A DNA stretch of 64,000 nt from positions 496,001-560,000 of the forward strand of contig JAHLTZ010000006.1 of NCBI GenBank assembly GCA_025786725.1, read 5' to 3'. The stretch is from Syncephalis fuscata S228 (taxonomy: Eukaryota; Fungi; Zoopagomycota). The notes under the pieces were generated by a model. The model was not told the DNA's origin, ran no database searches, and saw nothing but the letters and a program-made list of their open reading frames with translations. Positions 55,563 to 64,000 of this stretch are shown in pieces (the first letter of the stretch is position 1; each line of letters starts with the position of its first letter). Both the position numbers and the translations under genes were made by a program.

Positions 55563-56811
55563 CGTCAATTAAACATAAATGTTTGTTGAGAAAAGTCAAG
55601 TCATCACTGATCGGTTTTCACCAATCTGTTTTGTTATGTCCTTTCTACATACTTATCAAAGGGGTGTTTTTTGAGTAGGAAGGGTCGTTTGTAAGGTTCA
55701 AATCGCAGCACAGGTTGAGAATTGGATTAGGACGGCTAACCAAAAATGTGACAGTCTTGTTCAAATTTATGCTAATAATTTGCATCAATGGATACGGGGG
55801 CAATTCTACACGATTCCACGCAACAGCCAGTTACCCGACGGATACGCAACCAAATGCCAAACGGCCCGGTCATCTGTAACGTTCTTTGCAAGCGCTATCC
55901 ATCGATACCGGTCATACTATCCCGAGCTCCTACAGCCTTATACCGCTTTGACCGCCGCATCATTGTACCTTTACAGGATGGCCTGCTAATTTCCCGACCG
56001 ATTCCGCCGCATTGCACTGCGCCAGTCCGGGGGCCTTCCCGTCTATTCTCCACCACTTGTTGCAATATTTACGAACTTCGCCTACTTTTACGCAAACTAG
56101 GCCGTTTCACATTTTTCCCATCAAAATACTGCCATTCAACTCACAGTTGCCTTATATGGACATGTCACGTGACTATAGCTGGACACTTAGCTGAACAGTT
56201 GCTCATCTACGATGGCTAGAAGCATGCAAATACGCTACCTATCCAATGTTGTCGCTGTGCAATCAGTTAGTATAATGCTTTACGCATCTTCCCACACTAC
56301 TATCGCTACCGCATAATACAGTCCATTTACCTGCATTATTATGGCTGTATGGCCATCTATAGCGATATAGCCCAATTCTATCTATTAATTACAATATATA
56401 TATAACGAAATAAACAACCGATAATTAACGTGCTAAACTTTTATCCTTTTACTCCTTTTACACACTATGTTTATACATGCACTTTTTATACACAACTACC
56501 CCCCTCTAGCACACAGACTATCGCCGCAATACACTCTATCTGCATTCAAATGTATTCTACTCGCTCTCTTGTATAGTATAGACCATAGCCGGCACAATTA
56601 TCGCTAATATTGAAAGGCCGGCATGCGTACAATAACGGTATATTGTCACTGTTGCATCACGTGACACCTTTTTGTATATGACATAAATCGCCACTGTACA
56701 TCAATATTTCTACATCTCAGCTTGATATTATGCTTTGTTTACCATTATAAAACAATATAATATAATATATATATACTAAATTTTACTCGTAATCAATTTA
56801 CACAATTTTTT

Positions 56812-57280
56812 GGCCTTTTTTTGCAAAAAAATTTGTTCTAAATTCTATACCATTCCTTATAACTAAGCATGGGGAACTTGAATCCGGCAATCATTTTGCT
56901 ATCTTTCGGCTATATAGGCCATGATTGCTAAAAATCTGCTATTTTTGCATATTTATTGGTGTATTATCACTATAACTACGCCATCACACAATGCAGCTAC
57001 AATGTACTTCACCAATAGTCGTATATATATCATACGCATATTCATGCAAAATATCATGCAATTTGCTTGATTATACGTAAAGTTATACCCAGTAATATTC
57101 GTGCTTTTAAAACTAAATTAAAAATACGTAAATTGCGTCTTTAGCCAGCTTTTTTTGCAAAAATTCTTCTTCTAAATCTTATACCTGTCATTACAACTAA
57201 GCATGAAGGACTCAAATCCAGCAATCATTTTGCTATCTCTCAGTTATATAAGCCATGATTGGTAAAAAAACGGCTATTTT
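56812..57280 (+). repeat. Diverged direct repeat of about 135 bp (about 56812-56946 vs 57143-57280)
   Basis: Shared blocks TTTTGCAAAAA, AACTAAGCATG, GCAATCATTTTGCTATCT and GCCATGATTG. Confidence 0.75.
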
Positions 57281-57921
57281 CACTATAATTTCAATAAATA
57301 TGCCTATAATTCTAGATAATTACATCTGGTTGCACAGTATTTTTGCCACCAACTTACCTTCATCTAAGACAACTGTTGTTTTAGATAAAATATTTAATGT
57401 ATTTGTTTTGGTTACACGCACATTTTACTTTTAATTTTCTATGACCATCGTCACCATCTAAATAAAGTGTTTATATGATTTTTATTATTTATAATAACTA
57501 TGACTGTAATGCAGATTTATTTATTTTTGATACAAAGTGTTAATATGATTGTAGTTAACATAATACAGGTTATTACTACTTAATATTATTAAAGTGTAAA
57601 GCTTTGACATTTGATGTTAAAAATACGTTAATATTAACACTTTGTGTTAAAAAAGCGCAAATGTTACTATTTATTATAATTGAGGCAAATTTTAAAGCTT
57701 TATTTTCCTTACTTTAACCTAATAAATTATTTTTTATTAAATTAGTTAGTTAGGTAATTAGATGGATAATTAGATAAATAATTATATATTTATGTAGTTA
57801 GGTAGTTAAATAATTAATTAGTTGATTTTTTAATTGTTTAAAATGCCATTTATTTAGTCAGATTGGCTATAGAAAAGGTGGCTGTTTAATAAACAACATT
57901 TATAATAAGTATATTAATCTT

Positions 57922-58075
57922 GATCTCACATTACGAATATGCCCAAAATGCAATAATAGAATATTAGAAAATGCAACAGACCATTCAGATGCAAAAATCC
58001 ACACAGTACGTAGATGCAATAACAATAAATGCGAGATGAAATGAAATATCAATCATATGGCTTTTATATATCTAT
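57922..58075 (+). pseudogene. Fanzor/TnpB C-terminal zinc-finger/RuvC-III remnant
   Basis: Translates to DLTLRICPKCNNRILENATDHSDAKIHTVRRCNNNKCEMK*NINHMAFI, matching TSQ.CxxC...CxxxxC...WNRD..A. Confidence 0.78.
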
Positions 58076-58869
58076 ACTATTATATATCATTATATGATAA
58101 ATCGGATACATTATATTCTTATAAGTTTCAATTACATATAGTTTGTTAAGCAAGTGAGGTAAATAAGTTGATATTTACTAATAAGAAAGCTGAAACAAAA
58201 AAACAACTGCAATAGTTAGCGCGTATATACTAGACAATAAATGACATACAATATAAATAATATGCGGTGCAAAATGTACGATTAGCAGCGTTGAAGTTAT
58301 TGAGCATATATGCATGATCAATGAGCAAAATTAGTCGACATTTATAAATAATAAAGCTAGAACAAAAATAAAATAGTTTTGGATAGAGGAAGGCTAGGCG
58401 AGTATAGAATAATATATAAAATGATAAGTGTATGGTAAGAAAGTATAAGAAATAATGTTGAAGTTATAGTGCATATAATGCAATGAGTGGAATGAGTAAA
58501 GTATAATGGAACATATAAACAGTAATGTATTTAGTATGTTATAAAATGATATATAATAGTGCGAGACATGTTGGAAATGATATAGGTAAATGGTGGATAT
58601 ATGCATACTGGATAACGAATCTACAATGTTGAGTATTTGATAATTGATGTCATTCACCACCCATCATCATGTTCAATAAATTGGATGTTATTAAATATTA
58701 GTCATTTGTCCCCAAAAAGCAATAAGTGTGATGATGTGACAATTAAATAAAACTCACCACTTGTCCCCATGTTCAATAGATTGAATGTGCAGCTCAATTG
58801 CGCGAATGTTATCAAAAAAAGTCATTGACCCCCAAATCATATTAGATTATTAATAAACTGTTTACTATT

Positions 58870-59640
58870 AGTGTAACAACACTTGTTACCATGATGGCTA
58901 AACTTTACTTTAACTCTCACGTCTGGAGTGTTCAAAGCAAAATTCGTTCCAATTGAAGTCGTGCTGTTATGCACAACAAACACAAGTATAATGTTTTCAT
59001 TTGATTACTTTTTAATTCACGAGGCCAATCATTATTGTTGTTGGCTATGTGTAGAAAAATTGATCGAATATTAATAAAAGGCATTGATTGCAATTTCATA
59101 TCGTTCCGCAGTTGCTATTGTTGTTACTACATACAGCATAGATTCTTGCGTCTGAATGGTCTCTTTTATTTCCCAATCTTCTACTGTTGCATTTGAGCAT
59201 ATTTGCAATGTAAAGTACTTGTCTATGGTGCTAAAAAGGTAGGACAACTAGCGTTTCTGATGTTCACTATTCTCGAGTATTCTTGGTATCAACTTGGTAG
59301 GTACAGTTTATTTGCCAATCATTGATGAAGCAAATTAATCTCCACCATATGCAATAATGATAGGCTAAGTGGTTTCACCAGGAAGATATTGTGGCGACAG
59401 TTGTAACCAGAATATACGGCATACCATTGAGGTTACTTAAACAGGCGTTAATGTAAATAAGAGAAATAAAGACTAGCGATTGAATAATGCTTTTTATTGA
59501 TGTTCAAATACACATGCTATTTATATTGCTATATTCGGCATTATCATATAATATATTACTGAATAGAACAATAGGATAGTAATAAGAAAAAGATAGTGGA
59601 AGGAGTAAATAAAAAATGTGGGTCAAAGTACAGTGGCTCC
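58870..59640 (-). mobile_element. Decayed Fanzor (eukaryotic TnpB) element: RuvC-II/ZnF/RuvC-III remnant plus putative omegaRNA/right-end hairpins
   Basis: Minus strand reads PIIIAYGGD*FASSMIGK*TVPTKLIPRIL...TIDKYFTLQICS/KCNSRRL...RIYAVCSNNNSNCGTI*NCNQ/..INIRSIFLHIANNNNDWPREL. Three stem-loops follow at 58977-58873. Confidence 0.82.
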
Positions 59641-60624
59641 TCTAGTTTATTAATGCCTATGACTATGTACACGTGGATTCATGTGAACAAATGGTCATTT
59701 ACCTGGTCGCCATTTATATTTTGTGAATCAATTCAGTGGCCTTGGATTAGAGCCATGTGAATTTAATTATAATCTACGACTGACAAGTTAGGATATGAAT
59801 GTACCTTAATCGGTAAATGGAGCAACGTGGACGCATGGATACTGTGGGCAAATTTGCCTGAAATGGTCGACAACTTGTCCTCTTGGTGTGAAAGAGGAAA
59901 ATGAGTGGCGAGTGTGAGTGTGAGTGTGAGTAGACGCAAACGACACTAATGCGCCCAATACTATTATTGGGCTACTGCCACACAAATACTGTTGCCATAC
60001 ACACACACTGTGACACACACACACACACCACGATGACCACAACAACTACGGCTACTACGCATTTGTCATCTTTTATTCATTCATCATTGATTTTCTCTCG
60101 TTTCTTTCTCTCTTCATATTCTTTTATCGTTAACTTGTTTTTTAGTCAACGGTATTATTCCCTCTTTACTTGTTATTGACTATTCGTTTGATGGTGCGAT
60201 TTATACACATTATAAAGTATAAATCGTTACTGTCAAAATATTCCTTGTCATTGTCGTTGACGACGTAAGTAACTAGGCGTGCTACCAGTAGACACACGTG
60301 GTCTGCTTGTAACTGGATGGATTGGCGAGTATGTTTATGCACATAGCCGGTTGATATTCTGTGCGTTACAATAGTATTGCGCCTAGATGCTGGCTTGACC
60401 TGTTCGCCAGGTTGAGTGAGGGCATGGTGCATACTTGTGCGGCGTTGGCCAAGTGCATTGCATTTGTTATACCTGTATAGCAGCTACAGTAACTCGTTCA
60501 GCTTTAACACTACAATAACAGCTAATTAATACCATCTTTCTACTATAGCAAGCAGGTTTCTATTGTGCGCAATAAGTCGGCTAGATTATTACACATCTAG
60601 CGACGCATCGCGCAAGCTAGTGGC

Positions 60625-63600
60625 ATGAGCCTGCCTACAGGCTATAGCAACGCCTCCACAGGCGGTGGAGGTGGTAGTGGCGGTAATAGTGGTGCTGCTA
60701 ATTTATCAACGACCGCTGCTACTACCATCAATAATTCTGCAGCAGATCGGCTACAGCATTCTAATTCGCAAAACTCTATCAATACTTTGACAACTAATCC
60801 TGCTACCATGAATAATCCACAGGCTCATAATTATATGCGTGGTGGGCCTCAACCTAATACACGCCATCGTACAACTACAACAGTAACACGGGGAAATCCA
60901 AAGGACATGAATGGAGACACAATTCTTATTCTTTCGCTAATTAATCGATTAGGAGCAAAGGTAAGCTTTATTAATGGATAACCGTACAATAAAATAACTA
61001 GATTTATAACAATTATAATAACATTAATATTATCGTCTAGCTTCCATCTAATACGAGACGTCGATTGGAAGCGGTTGAATCTGATCCTATGGTGCAGTTA
61101 ACCATTCGTTCACTCGTTGATCTGTCGCAGTATCGTTTAACAACGGCCGCACACAGTTTAATGACGTTATTGGAAAATGTTAATAAGGTATGTATTAATT
61201 TAGATAATAATTAAATTAAATAATTAACTAATCTATTGTAATAGTCAATATCAATTATAAATGACGATGGACCATCAATCGATATTTTACAATCACAATT
61301 GCTTATTCTAAAGGTTCTAGGTGCTTGTATGTCACATCATTGGCGCTGTCATCGCGATACACAGCGTGAACGTAATCGAGCTACCAATAATGGATGTGAT
61401 AATAATCCAATGTCTCCACATTCGGCATCAAGCGCACAATCTTTTAGAAAACGCAGCGAATCTGACGTTACCATGCATCCAACATCAATGCCTAAATCTG
61501 AATCAAGTAGTTCAATTAATAATTTTGATACTATTAGCCATGGTAGTCATACACACTCGACTAGATCCTACACAATGGCCGGAACAGAAGCACCAGTTGG
61601 ATTGGATGCATTTGAATCGACTCGAGTGGCAACATCGCGTCAAAGCCTTGAAGCCATTGCTGCTCAAGCTCATAGTACTTATGAAGATCCGCCTGCATTG
61701 GAAGAACCATTAGCCAAATATATATTCCATGTAGTGGCTAGTTTCTTACAAAATACCTCGCCTGATGTTTATGATGCACATGCTGCGGCTGGTGGTGCTG
61801 CATTAGCGGCAGCTATGGTAGACAGCCCCGATGTATATGGAAAAAGTACGCATCATCCAGCGTCACTTTCATCGGCTGGCGTAGGCGGTGGTGTAACGTC
61901 ACCAACTGCTACTTCTCACGGCGCAGCAGGAACTGGTCGCGATTTTCTTACCTCTACCTATGCAGCATTAGCCGATGCACCGGCCGACCTGGCCTATGAA
62001 ATCCATCGTGCTGCAGGTCGGGTGTTGTTCTACGTTAGTGCATCCAACTGGCCGGTAGTATTTGCCCGACTTAAAGCACGCATTGCTGTATTGGCCCAGA
62101 CATCAGACGAAAATGCCGATACAGGTGAAGTACGACTATTAGAATGGTGTAATTTGAATTCACGTCGATTGTCAATGGTACTGCAAGGTAAATAGATAGA
62201 ATCGACTATCATTAATTAGCATTTATCGTCTAATACATGCTTGTTTTAGAACTTGGTACAGTTTTTCTTCAAATGAAACGTTCAGCACAACAAGTTACTG
62301 CTGTTGTATTAAGACGGTCTATTTGGAACTGGATTGAGGTTTATCCAATGGATTTCGCTCAACTATGTCGTTCACAAAAGCGACTTGAAGGTGGTCCAGA
62401 AATTTTATTTGATCAGTGTAACTCGGTTGCCGATAGTCATCGACGTAAAATGGTATTTTGGCCATTACAAGCAATGCTACTTGTCCTCTGTCCGGATATT
62501 TTATTGAATATTGTAGAATCGGATTTGATTAAAACGACAAAGAAAACACTATTCCTTGATTCATTAAAAAAGTCGTTAAAAAGCAACAAATCGGCTGAAG
62601 TTGCCGCCATTGCTTGTGTTGATTTGTGTAAAGCAGCCACTTACACTAATCGAGAAGAACAATTGGCACTTTCGACCATTGTAACTGATATAGAGAATGA
62701 ATTACGCGTAAGTAGTATTTTGCACACCAAATACAATAATCTAATCTGATTTAATTTAATTTAATTAGGATAAATTATTTGACCCACAAAGACCATTCCT
62801 TACTATGAGTGGCGCGATTGATCAACGTTTAATGACCGAATGTTTAACAGCTTTATTTCGCTCAAGTCCCCACAGCACACTTGAGTCGCTAATTCCTATT
62901 TGTTTGAACGACAATACACATACCGTATTTCGACTTGTACTAGTAAAAAGTTGCTATCTAATTGCATCAGAAAAACAGCTAGCTTGGAATCCAACCATTT
63001 CTAGTATGTATTCCGTGTTGGCCACACCACTTCGCCTATTACTGTTGCAGTCAAATATGTCACATGGACAAGAAGGTGCCATGTCATCGGCACCTAGGGG
63101 TGCTACAAATAACCGTGGACCATTTGAACGTAGATTTGGTCGACGAGCACAAGTAGCCGCTCTTTTGGCCGAAGAAGCCAGTGAACGACACGAAATTGTA
63201 CTTAATATTCTTAAACTATACCGCACTGATCCACAGCTGGCCGTCTTTAACCAGAATCCGCATACGCAATATGAAGAGAATTGTAATCTTATTACGGCAA
63301 TTACTAGCTGGCTACACGATCCAGATCCATTGATTCGTACTAACGCTGCAGAGGCATTGCTTGAATTGCACAAACCGGCCTTTATTAATCAATGGGGACC
63401 ACCGCATCTTATTATGAAATCATTTTGGAGTATTAGTTCACAGGTAATGCTGGCGGTGGCCCGACATATTCTTAACTTTAAGGAGCGTGAAGATGGTACA
63501 AGATATGCACTGGAATTATTGCAACAATTACTTGTACGACGTAATGAATTTCTTCGTGAACACCAAGAGCACTGCACAGTAGGCATGGAAATACCAGATC

Positions 63601-64000
63601 GTCTTAATGCTTCAGTAGCATTGGAAATTGTACTGTTAGTGCTATTATGTTCAGCCGAAACAGAGATTTGCAGTAATGCTGTAGCATGCTTTAATCATCT
63701 GGTTACTGAGGCTTATTATACCGAAGAAGCCGAAGATCCACAACATGCACAATTGACCATTGTGGAGAATCTTCGCGTCTACATGGAATTGGCCTCTTCA
63801 GGCGGATTGGTAACTGGACGAGTTGCACAACAGAAACGAATTCGTAAAATGCTACGAATGATGGATCGACAAACACCTGGCAATCAAGCGGCTTGGGAAG
63901 AAGCGTATAAGCGATGGCGTATGTTAATGCAAGCAGTAGCTCGTCCTATTGACGAACCAGTTATTGAAGAGCCTACACGTCGTAAGGGTATATTCCAAGA
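60625..64000 (+). CDS. NF1: Neurofibromin/Ira-type RasGAP, N-terminal part (runs off the window)
   Basis: LINRLGAKLPSNT, FYVSASNWPVVFARLK, IWNWIEVYPMDFAQL, VFWPLQAMLLVLCPD and VDLCKAATY match the NF1/Ira N-HEAT region. Confidence 0.9.

Noticed and set aside
56015-56045. RNase MRP-like GGGAAGGCCCCCGGAC motif on the minus strand
   Set aside because: No complementary downstream GGGGC P4 partner found on the same strand.
59909-60030. (GAGTGT)n and (CA)n tracts upstream of the NF1-like gene as telomeric or special repeats
   Set aside because: Ordinary short microsatellites, also seen near 10255 and 42245.

Overview
Gene-dense, AT-rich eukaryotic (fungal) DNA with many short GT-AG introns (about 45-110 nt). 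The gene content and style suggest an early-diverging fungus, possibly Zoopagomycota; this is inference only. Housekeeping genes: a class V/VII chitin synthase (5' end outside the window), UBA1, NAMPT, ERG1, a SAP/Tho1-like protein, eIF3L, V-ATPase subunit C, eIF2-beta and a neurofibromin/Ira RasGAP (3' end outside). Also present are a large C1+HEAT protein resembling UNC79, a 7TM-RGS receptor, an Slm1-like BAR-PH protein with a 132-bp coding tandem array, and an F-box pseudogene. Four genes encode putative secreted proteins. Most unusual observations: (1) a signal-peptide exon ending in RR, followed by a tandem array of about 82-nt intron-like units that each bracket a variable 3-nt micro-exon slot (19.0-20.0 kb); (2) three decayed Fanzor (eukaryotic TnpB) fragments, one followed by omegaRNA-like hairpins; (3) a Kex2-processed 7x35-aa Asn-rich repeat precursor that may form a functional amyloid; (4) a 7.2-kb segment bounded by about 437-bp near-perfect inverted repeats. 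Several single-base deletions in conserved genes are probably assembly errors.
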